Shown here: positions 49,701 to 61,356 of the stretch, in pieces
How the letters are laid out: each line of letters begins with the position of its first letter
Numbering within the stretch: position 1 is the first letter of the stretch
NCBI GenBank assembly: GCA_965235115.1
Contig: OZ249436.1
Span: 30,568,001-30,632,000 of the forward strand
Length of the DNA: 64,000 nt
Direction of reading: 5' to 3'
From: Laetmonice hystrix
Lineage: Eukaryota
Position numbers and translations under genes: made by a program
Notes under the pieces: generated by a model
Told to the model about the DNA's origin: nothing
Seen by the model: only the letters and a program-made list of their open reading frames with translations
Databases searched by the model: none

Positions 49701-51333
49701 CCCGACATCGGCCCGACCTTCCCGACAGCGCAACGACTAAAGCAACGTTCACTGCCGACCTATGCAGATTGAGCTTCGACCTATCAAGATCCAGGCCCGA
49801 TGTATGGTGACCTATACCAAGATTGACAAACGATGTAGCAACGTTCTATGCCGTGCCCCAGCCGAGCTACGACCTGTCCCGATGACATCAGGTCTAGATC
49901 AGGGCTGAAGCCCCAGTCCCACCAAAGCCGAATTAGCTACGACGTGTTACGATCTGATAAATCGTGTAGAATCGGGAAAGGTCCTAACTCGGTCGTACAG
50001 TAGTCTTGATAGATCCTCATAGGTCGGGATAGGCCACGATTGCACCCCGACAATTTTAAACTGTTCAAAACAATCGGCATTGGTCGGGAAAAATCTCAAA
50101 TCGGGGATATACCGGAGGTCAAACGTTGCTCAGTCGGGAATAGTCGTGGGACAATCGGGATAGTTCGTTGTTCAGTCCTGGTTGATCGTAGGACAACCGC
50201 CAGACATTTCCTAGATCTAGCCCTGACGTCATCGGGACAGGTCGTAGCTCGGCTGGGGCTCAGACGGCATAGAACGTTGCTACATCGTTGGTCAAACATC
50301 GGGTCGGGTTCTTGATATGACGTAGCTCAATCTGCATAGGTCGGCAGAGAACGTTGCTAAGTTGTTTCTCGGTCGGGAAGGTCGGGGGGATGTCGAGATA
50401 GAACATGATAGCACGCAGCGTGATCGTTGAGAGATCTTTGGAAAACCGTTGCCCAGTCGCCGTTGAACGTGACAATTCGTAGCTAGGTCTTCGGGTTGTC
50501 ATTATTTCATCACGATTCATTACGACTTAAAATAAATTTTAGATCTTGATAGAACGGCATGGAACGTAGTACAATCGGCTTTGGTGGGACTGGGGCTTAA
50601 TTTTCTGGCAATTGTCCTACGATAAACCAGGACTGAACAACGAACTATCCCGATTGTTCCGCGACTATATTCCCGACTGAGCAACGTTTGACCTACGATA
50701 TAGCCCCGATCTGAGCTTTTTCCCGACCAATGCCGATTGTTTTGAACAGTTCAAAATTGTCGCGACCTATGAGGATCTATCAAGACTACTCTACGACCGA
50801 GTTAGGACCTTTCCCGATTCTACACGATTTATCAGATCGTGACACGTCGTAGCTAATTCGGCTTTGGTGGGACTGGGGCTTTAGATCGAAATGCGATCAC
50901 CATCAGCGTCCTAGCGGCGCAGTACCAGATTCCTGAGAGCGCAGGTCGAGCGCCAGTGAACGGTGTAGCATCGGCCTTCCCGTCCCATGGCGCTGGCCCG
51001 GCGGTCTTACCACGATGCCACCGAGACCTCAGTGACCCTAATGAGCCCTTTACACGCTCCGCACGGTGCTGTCGCTGCGCTTATGACGTCAGAGCTGCGC
51101 TCTTGCTGCGCAGTGAGCGCAGTGTGATCGTTTAGGACGTGGTAGCAACGCCATACGACGTGGTAGGGACGGCCTAAATCGTCCAAGAATTGCATTTTTC
51201 CTCGTCGTGGCAGCGGGATGGGAGCGGCATGGCAGTCACACTTGGAGGGGTTTTCCGATGTTGACGGCGACCAACGGCGATCTGCTAGGTCGCCGTGGTC
51301 GCCGTTAGGTCTTCATCCAGTGTGATGGGGGTA
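46703..51333. mobile_element. Harbinger-type MITE C nested in B
   Basis: TIR TACCCCCATCACACTGGA / TCCAGTGTGATGGGGGTA; TAA TSD on both sides. Confidence 0.9.
46924..50880. repeat. Three tandem 1320-bp units of MITE D, each holding an inverted nested MITE D copy
   Basis: TIR AGCCCCAGTCCCACCAAAGCCGA; units 46924-48240, 48244-49560 and 49564-50880 separated by TAA; outer TSD TTA; inner copy 47269-47957 with TAA TSD. Confidence 0.93.
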
Positions 51334-51510
51334 TAATGGTGACATCCCCGCGACATCCCCGATTTAGGGACATCCCCACTCAAAGTGTTCCACTAACATG
51401 TCCCTCCCTGGGGACATCCCCAATTCAGGCAATGTTAATTTCGAGGACATTATAGTGAAACGGGATGTCTCTGAATGGTGGATGTCCCCACTTGGGGATG
51501 TCCTCGCTAA

Positions 51511-51800
51511 AGCCCCAGTCCCACCAAAGCCGATTGTACGATGTTCTATGCCGTGAACAACGAACTATCCCGATTGTTCCCCGACTATATTCCCGACTGA
51601 GCAACGTTTGACCTACGATATAGCCCCGATCTGAGCTTTTTCCCGACCAATGCCGATTGTTTTGAACAGTTCAAAATTGTCGCGACCTATGAGGATCTAT
51701 CAAGACTACTCTACGACCGAGTTAGGACCTTTCCCGATTCTACACGATTTATCAGATCGTGACACGTCGTAGCTAATTCGGCTTTGGTGGGACTGGGGCT
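51511..51800. mobile_element. Internally deleted MITE D copy (290 bp)
   Basis: Same TIR as MITE D; TAA/TTA flanks. Confidence 0.9.
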
Positions 51801-52149
51801 TTAGTGAAACAGGCCCCAGGTGTCCCATGCAGTCTTCTTGCCCCTGCCGCCAAAACAGGACAGGGTGTCACATCCAGTGAAGGCATGGAACATCGGCAAG
51901 GCCACACATCGGTCAGGACCAAGAGCTTTGGCGATCTCATGAGCAGCGATGAATCTGAAGCTCTTCCCAGCTCCAAAGGCAATCCACAGTTCAGATATGT
52001 TGAGGCGATTGGCTGATGCTATGGCCAGGACTGCCACATCTGTGTCAACTGTTCGTATTGCCACTTTGCTGTATCCCTGTTGTACGGCATCCTGTAGGTG
52101 CAGGAGGATACGAGTGTCAGCTCCTCATGAGTGCATGGCGTGGAGCAGA

Positions 52150-52831
52150 CACCCACACCCCACTAACCCCCACCCCCGGTCATGTAGTCCCACCCACACC
52201 CCACTAACCCCCACCCCCAGTCGTGTAGTCCCACCCACACCCCACTAGCCCCCACCCCCAGTCATGTAGTCCCACCCACACCCTACTAACCCCCACCCCA
52301 GTCATGTAGTCCCACCCACACCCCACTAACCCCCACCCCAGTCATGTAGTCCAACCCACACCCCACTAACCCCCACCCCCGGTCATGTAGTCCCACCCAC
52401 ACCCCACTAACCCCCACTCCAGTCATGTAGTCCAACCCACATCCCACTAACCCCCACCCCCGGTCATGTAGCCCCACTCACACCCCACTAAACCCCACCC
52501 CCAGTCATGTAGCCCCACCCACACCCCACTAACCCACAACCCCAGTCATGCAGCCCCGCCCACACCCCACTAACCCCCACCCCCTGTCGTGTAGTCCCAC
52601 CCCCACCCCCCAACCCCCACCCCCAATCATGTAGTCCCACCCACACCCCACTAACCCCACCCCCGGTCATGTATCCCCACCCACACCCCACTAAACCCCA
52701 CCCCCAGTCATGTAGCCCCACCCACACCCCACTAACCCACACCCCCAGTCATGCAGCCCCACCCACACCTCACTAATCCACAGCCCCAGTCATGTAGTCC
52801 CACCCACACCCCGCCCCCAGTCATGTAGTCC
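52150..52831. repeat. C-rich minisatellite, ~41-bp unit, ~16 copies
   Basis: Unit cccacccacaccccactaacccccacccccagtcatgtagt. Confidence 0.95.
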
Positions 52832-54301
52832 GTAATTTGAGCTTGTTTACTGCTGAAATGTCCCTGATACTACAGGGAGGAAGGACTTCGGACAGACTAT
52901 TTGTGCCATTTGTGGCCTTGACCTTGAATTTGACCTTGACTTTAATGTCAAATCACAAGACGTATGCCACAGTTGGATTGCCTGCCTCTATATTGTAAGG
53001 AAACACTCCATTAAAACCCCAGTTTTTTTGCCATTTTTGGCCTTGACCTTGATATTTGACCTTGACCTTGAATCACAAAACAAAATTTAATGTCAAAAAA
53101 ATGGATTCCCCGTGTTGATATTGTATAGAAAAAGTGCTATTACATATGATTCTAGGCCAAATGGTTTTCAAGTTACCAGAGCTTATGACGATTTGTTATT
53201 AATTATGCTAATTTATGCAAATTAGCTTATAAAAAAAAATTCCTCAACAGCCAACCTAGGCCAACAAAGCTGAAAATCTTCACAGAGCCTATGTGGACAC
53301 AAATCAATCATAATCTCTTGCAGGTCTAAAAATTTCCGGGTTAACTGGATTGGCTACCCGACTATTAGATCTGTTCCCTGCTTGGGCCTAGCCTACTCAA
53401 TAAGTTAGCTAAGAGTGTCATGGTTACCATGAAAACCAATTTATTCCTTCTTATGTCTATACATGTGCTTAATATATATAAGACCTACGCTGGTAACCAT
53501 CAAAAAGGGAGGGTTATTCAAATATTCTGGTTACTATGGGAACTAAAATATCACCAATTCCCTCCAAATGGTCAAAATCAGACGCTTTATTGGTTACCAT
53601 GGTAACCATATAGTGCGAACAGCTGTAATTAATTAGCTTCCGACATGTCCAATGGGAGATCTTTCATTTAAGGTATCATACGCTCAGATTAAAGCATATT
53701 TCAGTTCTGTATGATTAAGTAAACGATTCCCTGGAAATTTCGTCACTGAATCAGTTGGCTAAGATTATCCATGGTTACCATGGAAACCAAATTAAATAAT
53801 CTTCATTTCTGATGTGCTTTATATACAACACATATGTACCGGTCACACTGCGTGTAAAAAGGGGAGATTTATCTAATATTCTGGTTACTATGGAAACTGA
53901 AAGGTAAGCAATTCACCCAAAATGGTCAAAATCAAACGGTTTATTGGTTACCATGGTAACCATATAGTGAGGAGAAATCTAATTTGTTTTTTTTTCTGAA
54001 TGTCCTCTCTGCGATCTTTCATTTGAGGTATGACATGGGGGTGGGAGTGGTTATATGGATTGCAGGAGCCCCAGGAAACCTGTTACCAAACATACTAGTC
54101 CGTTGCTAGGCAACACTTCTATTTTGGGGTCTGTAGAAAAATCTAAGGAATTGTCGAAATGGCCCTATAGCCAAATATCTTCCCAAGCACCTTTTTTAAC
54201 TGTCTGCCAAGTTTCATGCTTGTTTCACCAAACCCACAATTCCCTCAAAATATTGCACCTATCCGCCGTACTATTAAGCGGTTAATGGAAACACCGCTTT
54301 A

Positions 54302-55227
54302 AGCGGTGTTTCCATTAACGCGGCTGCGGTCCGGCTGCGGTGCGGGCACGGGTACGGCTGATAAGACACGTCGTTGTTTTTAGAGGTGCGTCCCGGCTGC
54401 GTCTCAATGTTGTTGGTACAAGGTCATAGGCCATACACCTGCCGAATCGATAAGTTTTTCGATAAGTTTTTCGATATCTTGCTTGCTGACCACGTAAGGC
54501 ATATGGTGTCATCCATTTTTTGAGTGAAGAACATGCACGTGACCACCTAGGATCAAGGGGATCCCTCATACGGCTCATCTGCGGCTGTGCTCGAATCGCT
54601 ACATGATGCGATCGGGAACAGCCGCATGCGACGCCCGGACGGGCGCCGTACGGAGATCGCATTAATGGAAACACTTACATTAAAAACAACGACGTGCCAT
54701 ATCAGCCGTACCCGTGCCCGCACCGCAGCCGGGCCGCAGCCGCGTTAATGGAAACACCGCTTTAAGCGGTGTTTCCATTAACGCGGCTGCGGCCCGGCTG
54801 CGGCCCGGGCACGGGTACGGCTGATAAGACACGTCGTTGTTTTTAAAGGTGCGTCCCGGCTGCGTCTCAATGTTGTTGGTATAAGGTCATAGGCCATACA
54901 CCTGCCGAATCGATAAGTTTTTCGCTAAGTTTTCGATATCTTGCTTGCTGACCACGTGAGGCATGGTGTCATCCATTTTTTGAGTGAAGAACATGCACGG
55001 GAACACCTAGGATCAAGGGAATCCCTCATGCGGCTCATCTGCGGCTGTGCTCGAATCGCTCCATGACGCGATCAGGAACAGCCGCATGCGACGCCCGTAC
55101 GGGCCCCGTACGGAGATCGCATTAATGGAAACACCTAGGCCTACATTAAAAACAACGACGTGCGATATCAGCCGTACCCGTGCCCGGACCGCAGCCGGAC
55201 CGCAGCCGCGTTAATGGAAACACCGCT
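54302..55227. mobile_element. MITE family A, two head-to-tail copies (54302-54761, 54765-55227)
   Basis: Copies separated by a single TTA; same TIR and body as 43534-43991. Confidence 0.92.
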
Positions 55228-57355
55228 TAAGTAGTGTACGTAGTAGGCCTACAGTTCTATGGTCATTCAAATGGTTAAGGAGGGCAGAGCCGGGCAGGCG
55301 CGGACCCAAGGAGTATGCAAGCAAGCACCCCCTTTTTAGGAGTGGTTTTTTTTTTCAATTAGCCTAAAGTAGCCCTATTCTTTAATTTTTGCCTTTACCT
55401 TTTCACGGCTTTCTTTTGCCCCCCCCACCCCATTATGAAACCCTGAATCCGCGCCTGGAGGGTTGATTTACCCGAAATTTCTCTGTCCGACTTTTTTCTT
55501 GTTTTGCCCGAATTTGGGAGGGCAGCCCCTCCCCCCGGCTCGTTCGCCTATATTATGACACTAGGCCTATAGGCATTGAAACACATTTCAATCGTGGGTC
55601 TAGAACCGCTTCCAGACCCTTTATCCCAAGTTAACCTCATCTTTGACCTTTGCCATGCATAAGCCTCATAGGCCTATTTATTGAAGTAGGCTAAAACTCG
55701 AAAAAATCACTTAGGAATAAGCAATTTGGCATACCGGTAGGGCCTATGCTCTTGGATAGGCCTAGTTCATATTTCATTTGTATTTTTAGGCCTATAGTAT
55801 AGCTAGGGCCTACAGGAAGAATCAGCAGGCTTAAATTAGGCCTACGTGGCACATATTGGAAAAACCATTAAATAGGCCTATAGCCTAGGCCCCTAACATG
55901 TCTATAATAAGGCCTAGGCCTATGTTACAGCGTTTGATAGACCCTGGGCCCATAGTAGGACCGCATAGGTAGCCTATAGAGTAGGCCAAAAGCAAAACGC
56001 AAAAAAAAATCGTGCAAAATCGTAAAATAATCACGCAAAAATGAGAAAATAATGCAATTAGTAATATGCTATAATTCTTCTTAAGAAAGAAGACCCAAAC
56101 CAGGGGGTCGAGCAAAATGTAAAAACAGGGAGATCGGGGGGTTCGACCCCCCCCCCCCCCCGGCAAACCCGAGTTCCGCTCGAAAGCGAAGAGTTAGGCC
56201 TACGTTTTTGAGGTAAGCCTAAAGCTAAAGGGCGGTTCTTTATTTATTTATCTTTGCTTGTCAGAAATTATCCCCTGTAAAAGAACGAAGTGGTCTTTTT
56301 TTTTTGGGGGGGGGGGGGGGGGGAATTGTTTGTGTTTGTTTGTTTGTTTGTTTGCTTGTTTTTATTTGGGGGGGGGGCAGGGTTACTTGTCAGATTCTCA
56401 TCCCGCTCGAGATCGGTCGCTTCGCAACATCGCCGGTGAGTTCCACCTATACAAAATTTTAATGTAGGCCTATAAACCTATACACTGAAAAGAAGCTGCA
56501 CCCGGCCCTCTCTCGGATCTGTCTTACTGGGAAAATATGTGTCCCTGCCTCAAACTCAGCTATGCAAGGATTATAGAGACTCTCTATAATCCTTGCTATA
56601 GGCTTATAGGCCTACAGAGCCCCACAGGGTCTGTCATTCCTCTGAGTCCTGTCGGGTGTCATTTGATAAGCATACAAATTATTTTTAAGGTGTGGGTCGA
56701 TATTGAGGTTTGAGAAAGCTGTTCATATACTGACCTTTGCCCCTCAAGTGAAGTAAGAACTTTTGGTAGTAATTTTCGATTGACCAATTTGATGGGGAGG
56801 ACAACCCAGCGGGCACAGCACGTGGAAATCACGTGGATTTGTCACGTGGAAATCACGTGGCAAACTGGTGGTATGTGTAAACTAAATTCACGTGATTTCT
56901 TCACGTGGAATACACGTGGCAAAATCACGTGAATTCACCACCAGTTTCCCACCACCCGGCAGGCAAAACTCGTGGATTTCCCGTGGAATACACGTGGATA
57001 ATTATGACCCGTGGAATACAGGCAGTGGCGGATCCAGGGCGGTGTCGGTGACGTCCGGACCCTCCCTCAAATTTGCCAAATTTAATTTTTTATAACCAAA
57101 ATGCCTTAGGCCTATTGCTTTTACAACGCCCCCCCCCTGAATATAGACCCTAGATCCGCCCCTGTACATGTTGGGAAACTGTATGTAATTTGAAAGAGCA
57201 GTAGGCTACATGTGGATATGTCCATGTGGATTACAAGACAGTGTCAGTTTCCATGTCATATCACCCAGTTTTCCATTTCTCCCGGTTGCCACATCATACA
57301 CACCGTGGGTCTGATATCCGGCTATTTTTAGCCATGATATGGCCGCAATAGTTAA

Positions 57356-57887
57356 AGGGAGTCGTAAAATTCATTTTTTTCGATTTATGGCAGTCTTAGA
57401 AACATATGATTCGCATAGGCTACCTTGGACTCCCAGTAACATCAACTGAGACTGTTATGGCCCAGCGGCCAGTATTTAGTAAGGAAAATATGCCAAATCT
57501 CTCGCAAATTCGTAGCTCAGAATTAGCGAGCGGCCCACAGGATATTTGAGTTGGCCGCGGTCGGGCGATGATGACGCGTGATCACGTGACTTCCGGGTGT
57601 GGAAGGGAATCTCCCTCTAGTCTAGTGTTGACCTAAATACCGCATGTACACCCGGAAGTCACGTGATCACGCGTCATCATCGCCCGACCGCGGCCAACTC
57701 AAATATCCTGTGGGCCGCTCGCTAATTCTGAGCTACGTATTTGCGAGAGATTTGGCATATTTTCCTTACTAAATACTGGTCGCTGGGCCATAACAGTCTC
57801 ACATGATGTTACTGGGAGTCCAAGGTATGCGAATCATATGTTTCTAAGACTGCCATAAATCGAAAAAAATGAATTTTACGACTCCCT
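57356..57887. mobile_element. Fold-back MITE with TTAA TSD (Kolobok-like), copy 2, inverted relative to copy 1
   Basis: Same arms as 22740-23259; TTAA at 57352-57355 and 57888-57891. Confidence 0.92.
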
Positions 57888-57891
57888 TTAA

Positions 57892-57994
57892 GTGGGTACT
57901 GACTCCGAGACCCGTTCAGCTGCCGGGCACTGGTGGGACTCGAAACGTGGATCTCCTGATCACAGGTCCGCGTCTCTGCCCATTCGGCCACGCT
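57892..57994 (-). mobile_element. tRNA-derived SINE head (or tRNA pseudogene)
   Basis: Minus strand agcgTGGCCGAATGGgcagagacgcggacctgtgatcaggagatccacGTTTCGAGTCCcacc: Pol III A and B boxes at tRNA spacing, with broken stems. Confidence 0.6.
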
Positions 57995-60900
57995 TGTAGC
58001 TTGTATCTTGTTCGGTTGGAATCCTGCTTTTCCCCGTGTTGCTATCAATAAACCCCGGGCGTTACCGAGGGGGTTTATTGATAGCACCCCTCGGTTGATT
58101 ATTTTTCTCTCTCAATAAAATCCTCTACTTTGTCTCGTATTTTTTTCTCTATTTGTCAATTCAGAACATTTACCACAAACCCCTCGCTAACGCTCGGCTT
58201 TCAGTGATAGCACCCGTAAGGTAATGCGGGGTATTTCGCTAGAAAAAAAAATTGTCCGGAAAACCATCTAGATTCATCTAGATTTACACCACCGCCTTAA
58301 AGATTTACACCACCGCAACGCTAAACAAAGTTTCTAACTTCGTGATATATTTTTGCTTTTGACATTGCAATATAACAAATTAAATATAACAATATAACTA
58401 GTTTTTCGGGCCACCCTAGCGTCAGCTCTGTATACACACAGAGCTGAGGAGTTTGCTACGAATGATCCAGTTGCCATGCAATACTGTTAAACTTTCTGCT
58501 TCTCACATCGGTTCTTTCTCAAAGTCAATCGTCGTACAGAGCTGGCCAGTTTTTCTTTAGGGAAATGTTATCATTTACATATTTTAATATAACTTTCTCT
58601 TTCCATGGGACCCAGATATAAACTTGTATTCCACGAGAAAATACACCAATCATTTCCACGTGTAGATATCCACGTGTGTTCCACGAAAAATACACCAATC
58701 ATTTCCACGTGTACATCCACGGAGATAACAAAGGTAGAACTGGTGGATCCCCGAGTTCACCAGATTTCCACCAGTTATCCACGTGGAAATCTCGAGGTGT
58801 GCCTTCTGGGAACACCTTTTCCACCAGAAAGCTATGTGTTTTCAACGTGATACTGAAACCAAATTTCCCCGAGCTGGCAAAAATGATGCACATCACCTTT
58901 TCCACCAGAATGCCACGTGTTTTCAACGTGACACTGAAACCAAATTTCCCCGTCATAAATCCACGTGGAAACGACGTGAAAAACTAGTAGATTTCTGGTG
59001 GATCCACCAATCCACTGGTTTTCCATCAGTTATCCATGTGGTTTCCACCACCAAAAATTAAGGAGCATGGGATAAACGATTACAAGTATGTATACAATCA
59101 TGACATCCAGTCACTGTTATTCTTTCTAACATGTGTATTAGCGTTAGTCATATGCTCAGAAGGTCTGGGATATAGCTAGTGGGTGCTCCCGTCTCTTATA
59201 GTCAACCGGACCACCTCGATGTGGAACTGCTGCATCGATCGTGCTCGATTTAATCACCGCTCCCAGTTGTCGAACAAAGCATAAATTTCGATACTGAATC
59301 AAACCCTTATTACATTCGTGTCAGGCACACAATTTACTTGTGACAATAACCACAGAGAAGAGCCCTATAACATTATACCCGAACATATCTGGTTACTACA
59401 GTGTAGACACACAAAGCGCACGCCATTAGGCTATCGACAGCTGCTGTTCGATAGGACATTGACAGGTATACGTCATAGATTACGGTCTCCCATGATGCAT
59501 CCACTCTCTTTGATTTGGCTCAAGCCCGTTCAGTGATGTGCTTACGTATTGCACAAGCGCTACGTGTTGCACAAGCTGATGAGAAGAGAACAGCCCTCCT
59601 AGTCATGTATTGGTGCAGACAAAGAGCCTATAGTCTGTCAGCAGTTATGCATTTATGTCATCAATATCACTCCATGCATGGTAGGCTAGTGTGAACGACG
59701 ACAGGTTTCCATCCCACACTTTCCCACACAGCGAGACAGTGTCCGCGCCTGGTGAAAAAAACGATAATATAAAAGATTTAAATTCTTAGGGCTATAGGCC
59801 AACGACCAGTATCGCCCTTGCAAAATCAAAGATATGCTAACTACCCCCCACCACCGTACGTCAAAGTAGGCCTCGATTACCATGCATAATGCTAACATAG
59901 GCCAACTACAATATTTATATTCATCGCCGATAAAATTATTCTCCAAAATGCCGAGGCCTGTCTGTGCATGTATACCTGACAAAGCAAACACAATCTGTGC
60001 CCCGGTTCTGTTATCCTGTATTATTATTTCGTTGGATCCTCGGATATAGCACGTACCGAGCAAGGTCTATGTATACATTCTAAACATTCTATACCTATCT
60101 GTACTCAGCACGTGAAAGTTCTAGCATTCAGCACATACCTATATCACCGTATGCATTTGCATGTTTTAGGACCCGTTTTCAGCAAAATAATCGGAACTTA
60201 AACTTGTTCCGGCATTATTGTCGTAACAATATACATGTACCTTTTTGAACTGTACTTTACTGTTACCACTTTCTTTAAACCATTACCAGTATTACCACTA
60301 GGAGTCAGCCCAGAATAATGAATGATTAGTATAGGTCATTGTAAGCTTGCTAAATGTAATGTTAGGTTATCATGATTGTTCTTTATTGGTCATATTAAGG
60401 TTCTGTCTGCAGTGTCATGTATAGGCCTATTGCCTTGTTACTTCGTGGTGATCAGGCCACTTTATAGGAAATAATAGCCGATTAGTATCACATTTTTCAA
60501 TAGTTCTATAGCTTGCTGACATAATAGTACTGATGAGTCTTCTCTGAAAAGTCATTAGCCTATTTGTTTTACATGACTAAAGCTGCATCGTCAACATCAC
60601 ACTATTGCAAAATCTTCTCACATACACACAACGAGGCAGAAACATGATCGCGCGACAGGTATTAAAGGGGCCCCGTCAATTAAAGGCCACAAACTCGACC
60701 CCCTTTCATATTAAACGACCTAGATTTACCTGCAATCCCGTAATAAATTGGAGGCAAAACAACTGCGCGTTGTAATACGGAGCAGCGCCGGTGTGCCATC
60801 GGCAATTGCCTTTCTTCGCTCCACGCAGCCACGCCGCTTTAATTGCCACGGCGGTGAATATTATGTTGCTAAGGATGAAAGGTACGTTTCATGTTTGAGG

Positions 60901-61356
60901 GGGACTTGACGGAGTCGCTTTAAGGGGGGTATCATGCCAGGGATGAGACAGCTGTGTTCAATGAGACTCTGGCCTAAACTGACAGTTTGTCCATTTTCCA
61001 TTATTCTTCTCACCTGGCCCGTACCCATATCAATATGCGTTGAAGGGTCTGTCACGCACGTCAGATATCGGGGTCTACTTCCGGCCCGGGAAGAGTTCGG
61101 ATCATTCAGCACTCCTACATCTTCCGACCAAAGTTATTGGTTTCACTAGAAATAGAAATCATTCGCCTTTATGAGAGGAATATTCAATTTGATGGAATTA
61201 ATATAACCGTTTATCACACGCTGCAGAGTGCAGCGTGCAATTATTCCTTCAAAAAGCATGCAATTAATAACGATCTTCAGTTTGATTCGGTCACGTCATG
61301 CAGACACAGTAGCACCAACCCTGCCTAAGACGCGGGGCACCACGTTAACTACCCTG

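Larger units (their letters stand above)
46687..51816. mobile_element. Harbinger-type MITE B (CWG target; own length ~200 bp), inflated by nested insertions
   Basis: TIR GGGCCCGTTTCACTAA / TTAGTGAAACAGGCCC; CTG/CAG flanks; own body (GACATCCCC repeats) at 51337-51507. Confidence 0.85.
46195..52145 (-). pseudogene. C-terminal half of an Academ-type protein (XPG/FEN1-like nuclease fold plus Cys-rich CXC-like tail), split by a 5.1-kb insertion
   Basis: 52145-51817 reads PCTHEE(A)DTRILLH...RTVDTDV...HAFTGCDTLSCFGGRGKKTAWDTW; 46683-46195 reads ...LERFVVLLY...LPPTHAALIQHTKRAAYQ...PSPSEWGW...CKNGCRGRCKCHKASLQCTALCQCGGQC. Frameshifts near 52120 and 46625; in-frame TAG at 46354-46356. Confidence 0.85.
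44057..54273. mobile_element. Academ-like DNA transposon (composite, decayed, heavily invaded)
   Basis: Inverted ends TAGTGGGGCGGATATGTG...AAACAAGCATGAAATTTGG and CCAAGTTTCATGCTTGTTTC...TATCCGCCGTACTA; 3-bp TSD TTA (44054-44056, 54274-54276); internal XPG-like and Cys-rich ORF remnants. TAG termini, a 3-4 bp TSD and an XPG domain are Academ hallmarks. Confidence 0.75.
56804..59050. mobile_element. Decayed element with CCCAGCGGGCACA end and many CACGTGG subterminal repeats (EnSpm/CACTA-like), with nested insertions
   Basis: CACGTGGA/TCCACGTG clusters at 56818-57000 and 58630-59045; right terminus not found. Confidence 0.5.

Noticed and set aside
47456..50520. Repeated 67-aa and 86/87-aa ORFs as a gene family
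   Set aside because: They are incidental frames inside the triplicated MITE D, with no recognisable domain.
52286..52742. Gly/Trp/Val-rich repeat proteins
   Set aside because: Translations of the 41-bp minisatellite; the unit length is not a multiple of 3.
43650..54674. Similar ORFs MFPLMRSPYGARP... at 43650-43898 and 54315-54674
   Set aside because: They lie in MITE-A copies and the frames diverge by indels.
57932..57994. Functional tRNA gene
   Set aside because: A and B boxes are present, but the acceptor and anticodon stems do not pair and there is no oligo-T terminator; treated as a SINE head.
60861..61149. Overlapping 83-aa and 71-aa ORFs as coding exons
   Set aside because: No recognisable homology; the nearby minus-strand acceptor leads to stops in all three frames.
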